64,000 nt of DNA from Octopus vulgaris. Taxonomy: Eukaryota. Shown here one piece after another: positions 1 to 13,420 of the stretch. The notes beneath the pieces were generated by a model. The model did not search any database and was not told the DNA's origin. It worked only from the letters and a program-made list of their open reading frames with translations. How positions within the stretch are numbered: the stretch's first letter is position 1; each line of letters begins with the position of its first letter. Location of the stretch: NCBI GenBank assembly GCA_951406725.2, contig OX597816.1:30442001-30506000 (forward strand). The letters are read 5' to 3'. Made by a program: the position numbers and the translations under genes.

Positions 1-193
1 CGTTTTTCTCAACCGCTCTGCCAGTTGTGATAATTTTCTTTTCTAACAGCAAAAAAAAAAAAAAATATTGATATTGTAAATCATTAGCGACTGAAAATGA
101 TAACCTATATAATTGCCATAGAAACCAAGCATCACACTTCACCAGTTTAAAGTTCTGCAGAAACGCCAAGGAGTTAGTAATGGAGCTTTAGAT

Positions 194-470
194 CAGTGGT
201 TCTCAATAGGGGTTCATATGACCCACAGGAGTTCATATAACATTTTTTTGTTGGTTGGGCTAGTAAAATAGTAAACTGGAAATCTACTGTAGTATTTTAA
301 GGTCCATGGAAAGTTTTGAGTTAAATGTATCTATTACAAGAAACAGGTTTTTTTTAAAAAAAATTTACATAGTTCAACCTATATAAGTGAATGAGTGTAT
401 CACAAAATAGGAATTTTGAAAGCAGTAAACAAAAGGGTCCATGGGTAAAAGATATGGTTGAGAACCACTA
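194..470. mobile_element. hAT (Charlie-like) MITE
   Basis: TIRs CAGTGGTTCTCAA ... TTGAGAACCACT(A); imperfect 8-bp TSD ctttagat/ccctagat resembling the Charlie NTCTAGAN target. Confidence 0.75.
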
Positions 471-482
471 CCCTAGATAGGT

Positions 483-790
483 GGAGGCACATGGCCTAGT
501 GGTTAGAGTAGCGGACTCGCGGTCGAGGGATCGCGGGTTCGAATCTCAGACCGGGCGATGTGTGTGTTTATGAGCGAAACACCTAAGCTCCACGCAGCTC
601 CGGCAGAAGGTAATGGTGAACTTCTGCTGACTCTTTTGCCACAACTTTCTCTCACTCTTTCCTCCATCTTGCAGCTCACTTGCGACGGACTGGCGTCCCG
701 TCCAGGTGGGAACCTGTACTCCAAAGAAACCGGGAAACCGGCCCTTATGAGCCAGACATGGCTCGAGAAGGAAAAAAAAAACCCCAAAAA
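483..790 (+). mobile_element. tRNA-derived SINE family A (OR-like), tail type 1
   Basis: A box TGGCCTAGTGG, B box GGTTCGAATCT, A-rich tail; imperfect TSD accactac(c/t)ctagat at 464-478 and 791-805 duplicates the MITE end, so the SINE inserted after the MITE. Confidence 0.85.
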
Positions 791-1699
791 ACCACTACTC
801 TAGATGGTTACTGGAACCGCAAGAAATGACAACTAAATTTCCCTCAAATCATACTCTAGCGGGAAGAATACATAATAAATAATGTGATAGCGAGGGTTGA
901 ACCACCTATGATCATAGTTCCACTCGGTCACGGCTGACCAGGAACTAAGCGGCATCTAAAGCCGTAGAAGACAAAAAATCTTGGACACAGTTATCAAAGC
1001 ATTCTGTTTTCAGTTTTTCTTTAGAAAAAAGAAGTTCAGTACTTGTGGACCTTTTCAAGATCTCCGTGACGGATAGAGGAAGGGAGGAAGTTGCTCTCGG
1101 GTCTGAACCATAGTATAAATGCTCACAACAGCCATGTGGTGGTGTTAAACAAGGCTACCGATTAAATCTGTTACACATGAAACTGATACAGTATATTCAA
1201 GAGGCTTCCAAACAGGTTCTGTTGACAAAGTTTTATTCAAAGCTTTGGTCGACCTAAAACTTCGGTAGAAAACACTTGCTCAAGGTACTACAAGAGGGGA
1301 CCGAACTTAGAGCTACGTGATGACTATACTACATATTAATACTTACGCCAAGTTTGTTCTTACGAAGCGATGGAAGGTAGTTACTAGTATATTATTTGGT
1401 CTTCATTAGATAACTAGGTGCTTTCAGAACCTACTCTGGATTTCCAATTTACTATTTTGCTAACGTGGAACCCAAGTCAGCAAAAAAGTTTTATATGCCC
1501 CCACTTCCGGGCAAATCAGTGCACTGGACCCTACAGTATTTATTTATTGATAGCAAGCTGCAGCATATCTAGTTCATCCCCAACCCCCAGATACGTGGAT
1601 CCCTGAGCAACTGCCCAGTGTATTCATGTTTTAAGACAGCCCTGAGTGCTTTGTTATACAGTATACCATACTGAAAAGTAACTGAAATGAAATATTGAT

Positions 1700-2521
1700 T
1701 TCAAATTTTGGCGCAAGGCCAGCTATTTAAGGAGAGAGGCTAAGTCGATTGCATCGATCTTCAGTACTCAACTGGTACTTATTCTATCGACTCTGAAAGG
1801 ATGAATGGCAAAGTCGACGCCGGAGGAATTTGAACTCAGTACGTAAAGGCGGACGAAATGCCGACAGGCGTTGTGCCCGGCGTGCTAATGATTCTTATTT
1901 CTTTATTGCCCGCAAGAGGCTAAACATAGAAGGGACAAACAAAAACAGACAAAGGGATTAAGTCGATTACACCAAGCACAGTGCGTAACTGGTACTTATT
2001 TAATCGACCCCGAAAGGATGAAAAGCAAAGTCGACCCCGAAAGGATGAAAGGCAAAGTCGACTTCGGCGGAATTTGAACTCAAAACGTAGCAGCAGACGG
2101 AATACCTATTTCTTTACTACCCACAAGGGGCTAAACACAGAGGGGACAAACAAGGCCAGACAAACGGATTAAGTCGATTACATCAACCCCAGTGCGTAAC
2201 TGGTACTTATTTAATCGACATCGAAAGGATGAAAGGCAAAGTCGACCTCGGCGGAATTTGAACTCAGAACGTAACGGCAGACGAAATACGTATTTCTTTA
2301 CTACCCACAAGGGGCTAAACACAGAGGGGACAAACAAGGATAGACAAACGGATTAAGTCGATTACATCAACCCCAGTGCGTAACTGGTACTTAATTTATC
2401 AACCCCGAAAGGATGAAAGGCAAAGTCGACCTCGGCGGAATTTGAACTCAGAACGTAACGGCAGACGAAATACCGTTCAGCATTTCGCCCGGCGTGCTAA
2501 CGTTTCTGCCTGCTCGTTGCC
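1700..2521 (-). mobile_element. Head-to-tail array of SINE family B copies
   Basis: Repeated units with GTCGACTTTGCCTTTCATCCTTTCGGGGTCGAT core (minus strand) and TAGCCCCTTGTGGGTAGTAAAGAAA tail; 184-bp period between junctions 2106 and 2290. Confidence 0.9.
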
Positions 2522-3429
2522 GAACGCTGAAATTAATATAAAAACAAAAAAATGCTTTACAAACAGAATGAAAACCAAGTTTGAATAATAAGCCCCTAAA
2601 GAACTTCAGTAGTATTAAAAACATTACATAAATAGCAAAGAACCTAGAACATACCTTTGCAGCACACCTCAAGTGAGCTGTCTCTTCTTTGATGACATAC
2701 TGTGATAATTTCATTAAGAATAAAATGAATCCATTTCGACACAGAATATCGCTAAGGTGAATATAGATATAAAAGACTATCTTGATTAAGAATCAGCAGA
2801 AATCAATCAATACACTAATTAGACTGCATTCGATATTAATAGAAACCGTTAAAATGTTCATTAATATCACCTGTAGGAGGATTTTAATATTCCGATACTT
2901 ATGATAGCCAAATTGATTCTCCACATACAGATAATTAAGAGACCTGTGATTACTTAGCAGCATTAAATCTTCACGTTTATCTAATTTAGTAATGAAGTAT
3001 TGATTTCTAAAGTTGGCACAACATTGCATATACATATATATAGAGAGAGAGCGGATGTGTATGGAAATAATGAATATATTTTCATCGACTCAGGATAGAG
3101 GAAAAGCAATGTAAATGGTGTAGAGATGAATATTCAGAACTTAATAGAAGTGAGTCTTTGAATGGTATCTTACCTTCTGGCTGCAGGAAATAGCAGCCCA
3201 AATCTCCTTCGAATGATACCATAAAAATAGTGTGTTTACACTTTGATCAAAGTTCTTATTCAGAGTTAAATGGAGCAAAACAACAGCAACAATAAAAATG
3301 ATAAAAACAATGAGAAGTGTTAAAAGCAAAAAAAAAAAAAAAAACCCCAAAAAGCAACAACCAAATATGAAGATGTCAAACTACTTTCCTGCCTGTTTTA
3401 AAGATATTCGTTTAGAGTTATGTCGTATT

Positions 3430-4260
3430 GACATTCACTGAACTGAGACAATTTACACCTCTCACTTACCACGCATTCCGCATAATTCTACAGAAAAAAG
3501 AAACTGAGTTAAATTCGGAATTTGAAGAATCTGGAGAAGTCGGCCTGTCAGCAACATCAAAAGATGGAAGGTGGAAGACAAGTGTAAAGAAAAAGAAAGT
3601 TGAAAGACAGGTGTAAAATTACGAAGGCTGAAGACACGTGTGAAGGCAAGAATGTCGAAGACAGATGTAAGAGAGTATTGGAAGTGTAATGTTTGAGAAT
3701 TTGGTCTTCAAATGAGAGTAAAGACAGAGAGAAAGGTTGTTATTTTCGTCAATGGAGATGAAACATTAGAATCTACACTCCTCACAGCAAACTGAACATT
3801 TCCCCACATTAAAAAATTTTCTCATTAAGTATTTTTGACAGGAGAAGGGTATGTCAATGATATCATTTTCAGAGACGGACGAGAGGTAGAGTGAAAGATA
3901 TTCTTTGAGTAGAGAGCGCGAGTGAATGCTGGTAACTTCTCCCATCACCGATATTGTGTGTTCTAAACCATCTCAGGATTTGCATTAACCACTCCGATCA
4001 GTCTTGCTTTACCGAACGTTGACTTTCTGGAATTGCCCGCAATGCAAATGTTTATCCTGTAGTGGTTGAAGGGGAACGTTTACGACGCCGAGGAGAACCT
4101 GTCAATGGCTGGGGCACATTTGTTTCCTCAAGACTAAACATAAAAAGTCCCAGTCCGAAAACAGTTAAAGGAGTATCTGGAGGTGGAAGTGGCATGTTAC
4201 TGGCAGGAATGTAGTCCCAGAGAATTCATTCAAACACCAGTCTTCAATAAAGTGACAGGA
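3430..4260 (-). mobile_element. Possible degenerate ORF1-like (Tx1/L1-type) retroelement remnant
   Basis: SENDIIDIPF..RKFFNVGKCSVCCEEC weakly resembles the pre-zinc-knuckle part of the ORF1 at 17.5-19 kb; many stops; abuts the Chapaev3 element. Confidence 0.3.
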
Positions 4261-4264
4261 ATAA

Positions 4265-6274
4265 CATTGGTCAACAAAATTAAATGTATTATACTCATTA
4301 TGAATGCAAACCACCTTTTTTAGACTACTTTTTCATGCTGATTTCAAAATTTCGTTCCATTTGTATGCAGTACGTCTCAGATTTTCAGTAGATACATGCA
4401 AATATTTACATATTTGTATATATGAAATCATTAACGTTCTAAATAAGGACAAATTATTTTTAGAAAATAAACGAGTTTATTGAGTTGTAAATCATCACTA
4501 TCATTCTACAAGGAGCGAATACACAAGAAATGGGTCAGGCTAAACAGACAAAGTTAGAAAAACAGAGCTAGAAACATTATTATTTGGATTTCATGCGGTG
4601 TTCCTGATCTGGTTGATCACAGTAAAATGTCCAGAGGTAGTCAGTCAGCATACTCTCATTCCAGAAGCCTTGGTACCATTTCTCCATTGCACTAATATCC
4701 TGGTGAAACCTTTCACTATGTTCATCAGACACTGCTCCAAGGTTATCTGCGAAGAAATCCAGATGGGAGTCCAAGAAGTGAACTTTCAGTGACATGCGAC
4801 AACCCATTGCTGAGTAACATTTCAGAAGATTCTTGATGCCATATTTTTAGTCCATTGTCTTCCCGTTGCCCAAGAAATTTTCACAGATCCGATTGAAAAC
4901 AGGCAGTTCCTGTTCATCCAGTGTTGTCTTGAAGTGGACATCTTTGAGTACTTCTCTAATTCAGGGGTCCGTCAAAGATATCCTCTTTCAACTTCGCTTG
5001 TGTAATTTGGGGAAGCTTTTCTACACTATACTCAAACCCTCTGGCATTTCTCTTCCTTAGTGTCTTTACAAACTGTTTCATCAGTCCAAGCTTTATGTGC
5101 AAGAGAGGTAATGGGACATTACATGGATCTACAGGAGGTGTATTCTTGATCTTAGACTGTCTTGGCTGGTATGATGTTCTTGTCTGCCAGATTGATTCCG
5201 AATAATATCTATCAGTTGCCAGACTATCCTATAGACACAAGAAACAACAGCATTTTGTAAAAGGTGGCTAAATTCCCATTAACCTTCCAATGACTTTTAA
5301 ATCTCCACATTTTTTTCCATGAGTGTCTTTCATAGGCAATGATATGAAGTAAAGGTTCTATATTTTCATATGATTCCTGAAGATAAACGGAGTGTACAAT
5401 AGGAATGGAGGGCTGCCAATTACCATTATGGAGAAGTACAGCTTTTAAACTTCGTTTCGAAGAGTCAATAAACAAACACCACTCTGCGGAATAATAATTT
5501 TGTGATAAACATTCGAAAAGTCCATCGATTGTACTGCAAAAATAAAGCGGCCTTCAATAGAAAAACACGTTTGTAGAACCACATTTCTCTGCCGAAAACA
5601 ACTTATACGGACACCGTGCTCTAGCAAATACTTCTCCTTCAGTCTTGATGCCAACATTTCTGCTTTATCTTTTGAGAGGAATAGCTCTCTGACAAGGTCA
5701 TTCAGTTCATCTTGAGAAAATTTCTGAGATTCAAAGCTGTCGTCATCAGCCACGCAATCTTCCTCAGCAGCAATATCGTGACAGTTAGTATCATCACAAA
5801 GTTGTCCACAGACGTAGAGAAACACGTCAGAAGGAGTTCTACAGTCTTGACATTGTTAACACTGTAAGACATGTAAGGAAATAGATACAAATGGTTATAC
5901 TTTTACTGAATTTGAGATGATGAAATATTTCACCAGACCAATTATGACTGGCCAGTATGAGATGTTGAAATACCTATTTCATCAGACAAAACTTGATTCG
6001 TTAATTTAAGATGAGGAAATATCGCATCTGGACTATGCAGCAATGAATAATGTAGTTTATTTTAAAGGAATGTTTTCATAATGTAAATGAAATACATGCA
6101 TACGCGTCATTAATTGGAATTTCTCTATAATGCCTGAGCTAAAACCAAAAGACTTTCTCATCTTGAAAACTGTACGCTATGACAAAAAACTAATTGTATA
6201 TTTGAAATCAGCATTAAAAACTACAGTAAGTATACTAAGACATATGCTTCATAAAAAATACTTGTTGGCCAGTG
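4265..6274 (-). mobile_element. Chapaev3 (CMC superfamily) DNA transposon, TIR-to-TIR, transposase pseudogenised
   Basis: TIRs CATTGGTCAACAA / CACTGGCCAACAA; 3-bp TSD TAA (4262-4264, 6275-6277); fragments FSQDELNDLVREL..LASRLKE, FIDSSKRSLKAVLLHNGN and MSLKVHFLDSHLDFF..GAVSDEH.ERFHQDI split over frames. Confidence 0.85.
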
Positions 6275-6686
6275 TAACTAGAAATAAAACCCATGTCCAT
6301 TATTAAACTTGAGGAATTGGCAGAATTTATAGAGTGCTGGAAAAAATTAAAATTTGGAACAATAAGGAAACTCGATCGCATTATGTGAAGCAGAATGGGA
6401 GAGTACATAATTCAGATCTACCAAAGATTAGGAAATTTGAAGAAGAATCGTAATATTAGTAGTATATTTAATGAGCATGCATCACTCATTAAGAACTAAT
6501 GAAAGAAATATTGTTAGACCTGCTACAAATAGCAGTCAAATACTTCAAGTATAACATATTAGGGTTTCGAACGTGGAACGACACAATGAAAGCTCTCGAT
6601 ACACTATACCTTAAGCTTGTTTGTTTTTCATTCTCGACTTAGTGTGTAAGCTTTGATAGAGAGCTCTCATGTAGGTGTGTATATGC

Positions 6687-7480
6687 AGGTTGTACGGGTA
6701 AATTTGAAAGTTTGTATAAAAAGAAAAGAAAACAAAATATTCCACCCAAAAATAAAAGTAAAAAAAAACATCAACCAGATTATGGGTGAGAGATAGTTTA
6801 CTCAAATTAGCCGCCCCCAGCTTCCACCACAACTTCAAGATGGCTCTGAAACCTAGTGCATGCGTTTCTCACTACCACTTGGAAGATCTCCGAAGACCTC
6901 CTTGGTCTTGGCTACCAGCTTGGCCTACAACTGTGCCCCACACATAGTAATCCGCGGGATTCCAATCGGGAAAATTAAGAAGCCAGAAAATGGGTCTGAC
7001 AAAGTCATACAAATTTTTTGATTACCATTTCTGACTCTTTCCGGAGGTATGGCAAGGAGTCGAGTCATGCTGCTACTCATGGCCTTCCAGTAGTAACCCT
7101 CTGTAGAAGTTTTATAAAACCGTCTGAATTGAGCTTAAAGCCATGACCTACATCTGTTCGATGAATTCCAGCTTGCGGACGCAAACGCTTTTTGCGTCTC
7201 TTCTTGCTGGCCACGGCTTCGTATCTCCATTGCAGCTGTCTACGTTCCATCTTACAACCTCCACAGTGTTCACACAACACTGAGTAGCAGTCATGTCCCA
7301 TTTTGATACTTGGCGTGAATCATCATGATACAAGTGACATTCTTCCAGTATTTATATGGCTTCCAGTCATTCCATGTCAGATAAACATGTTCTCAAATAA
7401 AACTTTAATGTTTATGCTTTCCAACACCGTTGACCGTTCACCAATACATCAAGTTTTTTTTTCGGGAACATCAAATATAG
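6687..7480 (-). mobile_element. Tc1/mariner-superfamily maT (DD37D) transposase remnant
   Basis: Minus-strand QHDSTPCHTSGKSQKW*..FWLLNFPDWNPADYYVWG, a degenerate QQDSAP..WPPNSPDLNPLDY, with 37 residues between the last two catalytic Asp; other end lost at (TATC)n. Confidence 0.75.
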
Positions 7481-7489
7481 CATGAACTC

Positions 7490-7490
7490 T

Positions 7491-7579
<89 letters not shown>

Positions 7580-7580
7580 C

Positions 7581-7642
<62 letters not shown>

Positions 7643-7650
7643 TTATCTAT
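7490..7650. repeat. (TATC)n microsatellite
   Basis: Direct tetranucleotide repeat. Confidence 0.95.
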
Positions 7651-7671
7651 TGCATGTAAGTATATATGTAT

Positions 7672-7880
7672 ATATCTTTTACCTTTTACTTGTTTTAGTG
7701 ATTAGACTGCGTTGGTAGGGGACAAACAGAAAAACAAAGACACATACACACACATATACATATATACGTCGGGCTTCTTTCAGTTTCCGTTTACCAAATC
7801 CACTCACAAGGCTTTTGTCGGTCCGAGGCCATAGGTGAAGACACTCTTGCAAGGTGCCAGGCAGTGGGACTGAACCGGTA
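7672..7880 (-). mobile_element. SINE family C, internally deleted
   Basis: GGGCTTCTTTCAGTTTCCG..CCAAATCCACTCACAAGGC matches the full copies at 38851 and 45307. Confidence 0.75.
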
Positions 7881-7885
7881 CCTTG

Positions 7886-7929
<44 letters not shown>

Positions 7930-9089
7930 CACACACACACGCATATATATATATATATGTGTATGCATATATATATATATATATGTATGTATTTATATAT
8001 ATATGTGTGTATATATGTATATATATATATATATGCATATATATATATTTAATTCCACCCATACATATATATATACTTCTTGAGATGTATCCTGTACACA
8101 CATATACGTGACGTGACATACATTTCTAGAGGTGTCTCCACTGTACATACAGAACATTCTTGACACTCCTCCAATACACATACATACACACACACACGCA
8201 CGTGCGCACACACACACATACAATATGTTTCCACTATACATATACAGACTCTATAAATGTCTTTATTGTATACATAAACCTTGCAAGATATTTCTCCACT
8301 ATGTAATAGGCCTTATTAGAGGCGTCTCTACTATATACATATACCTTCTAGTTGAGTTTTCACTTCTAGAGGAATTCTTTACTAGTTTGTTTCTCAAAAC
8401 CGATTGCAAAATACTTACACATGCATGCGAGCAAATATTCACCTATTCTCCTTGCACACATACACATTTAGAACCAAATCGCATTAACATGCGTATGTAA
8501 ATAATCATTCACAAACATACATGTAGACACCAACACTCACACACACATAAACACCTATGCAAACACACAAACACACGCACACGCGTACACACACATACAC
8601 ACATACACACGTAGCTGTCACACGAACGCAGCAGATTCTAATGAATTCTCCTAAATATCCACCATGAAATGTTTAAGTCAATGCTGTAAGTTGTCCATTG
8701 ACTGTATTGCTAAGGTTTCATTTAAGTCAAGGTTGGTTGCTAGGGTTATAAAGGTCAACGTTATTGATTTAATGGAGTTTCTGTTTCAACTTGAAACACG
8801 TGACTCTGTCTACATTATTGATGGGAAGCTCATCAGGCAGTTGTCAGTCTGACAAACAGGAAGGAAGATGCACTTGTGAGAGAAATAATTATTTCTCTCT
8901 CAAAATCACTATAATCCACAGAACCAATGATTGGTAGAAATATTAGACTGCTGAATAAAATACTTTGCCGTATTTAATTCCACCCATTTATCTTCCGAGT
9001 ATCATACCCTTCCGAGTTCTAATTCCAGTTTCATCATTTCTAAGTTCAATAACTTAAAATGCCAATCAAATATGGGAACCGAGATCCTC

Positions 9090-9560
9090 CTCGTTATCGT
9101 ATCGACCTTGCTCGGATTCGCATGACCTTCATCCTGCAATTTAATCTATCTCAATATTTCATGCCATGTGTGAGTTTCTCTGGATGACATAGCATCAGTT
9201 AACTGATCGATGTATGTATTAGCAGGGCTACCAATGCGATTATAACCATGACGAGGAATCCGTAGTAGAGAGCCACTAATATCGGCTCCTCCTTACATCT
9301 CTAACATGTCCAGTAAAGCGAACTCTTCTTTCACTAATGATGTCAGATATTTTTGAAGACTACTTCTATGATATTTCTTTGGTGGCTGTTCTTCTCCGGT
9401 GACTGAAAATGGTACGACGTATGCGCATATATGTACTATCAATCTTCAAGCAAGAAAGCACAGCTGAAAATTTTCTCTTAGTTTTTTTGTATGCTCTTTA
9501 AAGGTGGATGAGACATTAAAGTACTTTAGCTTTGAAAAGCATAATAATGGTACGAATTAT
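9090..9560 (-). mobile_element. RTE-clade LINE 3' fragment, degenerate
   Basis: Minus-strand IDSTYMRI..KISDIISERRVRFTGH..LLRIPRHG..GSPANTYIDQL and MRIRARSIR*, typical of the RTE ORF C-terminus. Confidence 0.65.
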
Positions 9561-9676
9561 GTGATGCGTCCATCATCAGGTCCGAGGAATGTTGATAAAG
9601 TATATAATTCCATTAGCTTTTAGTAGAAGAGAATTAAACAATCTCATATAAAAAAAGAAATATTGTAGTTACATAC

Positions 9677-10077
9677 CTCCAGCTATTTGTAGTACATTGT
9701 TCACCACTGTAGTATGACCCGGAGGAAGCACATGTCCTATCAAGAGATATGAACGAATTTCTGCTGTGGTTTACCCAGGAAGCCACAAAGTACCAATACT
9801 AGAATTCTTTGATGATGTGTGTTGAGTCGTAAATCTATCACGAACTTATCTTCCTGAAATAAAGCAGTGAAACATTCCTGCCTTTGTTTCTGTTAGCAAA
9901 ACAGATACAAATATATTTTCTCACTTCGCAAAGTTTGACAACTCATTAAGTTGGTGTTCAGGTACTGCAGCAAAATCCCCCTCGTATCTCTCTGCAGTAT
10001 TTCAATATCGGGACACATTGGACAAGAAAGTCCCTGATGGGTTGCAGCAATGCTTTGATCAGATGTTTGCTCGATTA
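9677..10077 (-). pseudogene. Two exon-like segments (10077-9925 and 9853-9677) with weak perlecan/laminin-EGF and Ig-like similarity; in-frame stops
   Basis: Acceptor ttgcattttcAG, donor GTGAGA, 71-nt intron with GCTAAC branch point and tttatttcAG acceptor, donor GTATGT; exon lengths 153 and 177 nt; phase-1 frame has two TAA stops in exon 2. Confidence 0.35.
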
Positions 10078-10689
10078 CTGAAAATGCAACATCAGTCAAC
10101 ACACATCTTTATATACCATTTATATGACTGCTCAACCAGTCAGAAGCAGCGGTCAAAACATCCTCATATGATACATACCTTTTTGAAAACAAGGAACATA
10201 CGATAATATATTCCTTGATATAAAAATATAAAGAGATGAGATGGTCATGGATGGAATCCATTTGACTATAGATCTACTTGATCAGGGCTGTTTGGGGAGA
10301 TAGCTGGTAAACAATAACAAGGACAAAGTCCAGCAGAATCTCCTTCATAACAAACTCTAACGTCTTAAAAAAAGGAAACGTTATTGGATAGCTTAGTCTA
10401 GGTACACCATGCCTGAGACAGGATAGGCAAAGATTTCACCCTTTTTATCTTAGGTGTACTCGATCTAAACGACTTAAACAGCAGCAGCAGCAACAACAAC
10501 AACAACAGGACAATAAGACAAACAACAACACAATCTAGGGAAACTAAATCCTTGCAATAAGTTGAGAAGATTATTGAAAGGAATGAAGTCAAGTGGAGTA
10601 TATTGTTGGAATTGTATTGATGGCATTTGTTGATGGTCTCGTGTATTGAACAGAAGGAAAATCAATAGGAAATGTCAGAGAAGTTATTT

Positions 10690-10762
10690 AGAGAGTGAGA
10701 GAGAGAGAGAGAGAAAGAGAAAAGGAGGGGAGGGAGAGAGGGAATGGGAAATTAGGTACGTT

Positions 10763-10806
<44 letters not shown>

Positions 10807-10895
10807 TATAGATATAGATATACAAACACAGACACACACATGCATATATGTTTGTATGTATGTATATGTGTGTGTGTGTGTGTTTATAAATACAT

Positions 10896-10982
<87 letters not shown>

Positions 10983-10983
10983 C

Positions 10984-11028
<45 letters not shown>

Positions 11029-11208
11029 CATCCGTATATATATTATAGTTTATATACGTATGCGTATATGTATATACGTGCGATCATGTGTGTATTTGTG
11101 CAACTAACGTGTTTCAAAATATAGATTATTATGGTAGGATACACATATGCAAGAATGCAACGGAGAAGAGAAATACAGATATAAAATTATGTGTGTGCAT
11201 ACGTCTAG

Positions 11209-11283
<75 letters not shown>

Positions 11284-11340
11284 GTCTGTCTGTCTGTCTG
11301 TCTGTCTGTCCGTTCGGTCGTCCTTCCATCCATCCATCCA

Positions 11341-11397
<57 letters not shown>

Positions 11398-11609
11398 ATA
11401 TCTATATATCTATCTATGTATCTACCAATCTGTCTGTCTCTCTGTCTATATACACACATAGATATATGTATGTACACACACACACATATATAAGCATATG
11501 TATATATATATATATAGGCGTACATTTATGACCACATGTGTGTAAATATATTTGTCGTTATAATTGTGTGTGTGCGTATTTATATATATATATACTGTAT
11601 ATACACACA

Positions 11610-11676
<67 letters not shown>

Positions 11677-11700
11677 CTATATATGCATACACACGCACAC
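10690..11700. repeat. Compound microsatellites (GA, TA, TATC/TGTC, CA)
   Basis: Direct simple repeats. Confidence 0.95.
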
Positions 11701-11930
11701 ATGTATGCACAGATAGAAAGACACGCACGCACACGAAAGTTAGAGTGATGAAAAGGAGTAGTAGGAGGAGATGAGTGAAAACTGTTGGTTTGAAGAAGGT
11801 GAAAAAGGAGGTGAGAAAATATGTAGAAAACAGAGTGTGGGTTGTTGGAGCAAATGGAAATACGAAGAAAATGGTTGATGGGAGAAGGTGAAAGTTGGGA
11901 AGTGAGCTCATTGAAAAAATCTTTGAAATA

Positions 11931-11972
<42 letters not shown>

Positions 11973-12146
11973 CAGTGGTAGTGGTGTTAGTAGTATAAGT
12001 AGTGGTGTTAGTTGCAGTAACAGCAGTAGTAGTAGTGGTGGTGGTTGTGGTGGCAGTCGTGGTGGCAGTCATGGTGGTAGTAGTAGTAGCAGAAGTAGTA
12101 GTGATAGTGGTGGTAGTGGTGTTAGTAGTAGTAGTCGTAGTAGTAA

Positions 12147-12197
<51 letters not shown>

Positions 12198-12704
12198 CAG
12201 AAGTAGTAGTGATAAAAGAAGAGGAAGAAGAAGAAGAAGAGGAGGAAGAAGAAGAAAAGAAGAAGAAGAAAAGAAGAAGTAGAAGAAGAAGAAGAGGAAG
12301 AAAAGAAGAAAAAAGAAGAAGTAGTAGAAGAAGAAGAGGAAGTAGAAGAAGAAGAAGAAGAAGAAGACGAAGACGAAGAAGAAGATAAAGAAGAAGAAGA
12401 AGAAGAAGAAGAAGAAGAAGAAGAAGAAGAAGATAAAGAAGAAGAAGAAGAAGAAGAAGAAGAAGAAGACGAAGACGAAGAAGAAGAAGATAAAGAAGAA
12501 GAAGAAGAAGAAGATAAAGAAGAAGAAGAAGAAGAAGAAGAAGAAGAAGAAGAAGAAGAAGAAGAAGAAGAAGAAGAAGAAGAAGAAGAAGAAGAAGAAG
12601 AAAATGTGTTTAAAGGTGAAAATATGCGGCCGGATTATGATGCTGACAAATAAGGTGGAGAAGGAAGAGAAGGAGAAGTAAAAGTTTGAAGAGCTGAACG
12701 AAGA

Positions 12705-12755
<51 letters not shown>
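11931..12755. repeat. (TAG)n, (GAA)n and (GAT)n trinucleotide tracts
   Basis: Direct trinucleotide repeats; purine-rich tract at about 12213-12604. Confidence 0.95.
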
Positions 12756-12756
<1 letters not shown>

Positions 12757-13236
12757 ATAAGAAGGCGGAGAAAGAATGGGTGGGGGGTGTAGAAGAAGAA
12801 ACTGAAGGACAGGAAATAAAATGAAGGACAGGAAATAGACTGGAAAGAGAGAGACAGGAAGTGGAATATAAAGAAAGACAACTTCGAACCGAATAATGAA
12901 GAAGGCAGAAAGTAAAAGGGAAGAAAAGACGAGTGAAAGAAAAAGTAGCGAAGAGATTGAATGGAGTCAATTAAAGGAGAGCAGAAGATGAAGAAGAGAG
13001 TTTGGAAGATGGGTGATGTAATAGGAAAATGAGGCTGCTATTAAGTCTATACGACCGCCGAACCAAATGTTGGGAGTTTGTGTAGATTGGAAGGAAGTAA
13101 AACTACCTCGGATGGACTTAAGCTAAAGAACGGAATACCAGGAAATAAGGTGAAAGAAAGCGATGCTATGATGGAAAATTATATAGAATAAATATGTTTA
13201 AAACAAGGCGGATAAAAGAGAAACAGCAGCAGCAGC

Positions 13237-13304
<68 letters not shown>

Positions 13305-13372
13305 CAGAAGCAGCAGTAGCTGCAGCAGTAGTAGTAGCAGCAGTAGCAGCAGCAGCAGTAGTAGTAGTAGTG

Positions 13373-13411
<39 letters not shown>

Positions 13412-13420
13412 ATGATAGTC

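Noticed and set aside
483-556. Functional tRNA-Arg gene
   Set aside because: It is the head of a multi-copy SINE with body, tail and TSD
10646-12970. Long ORFs such as poly-YI, poly-S and poly-F (also at 22643, 35455, 53245 and 61915)
   Set aside because: Translations of microsatellites
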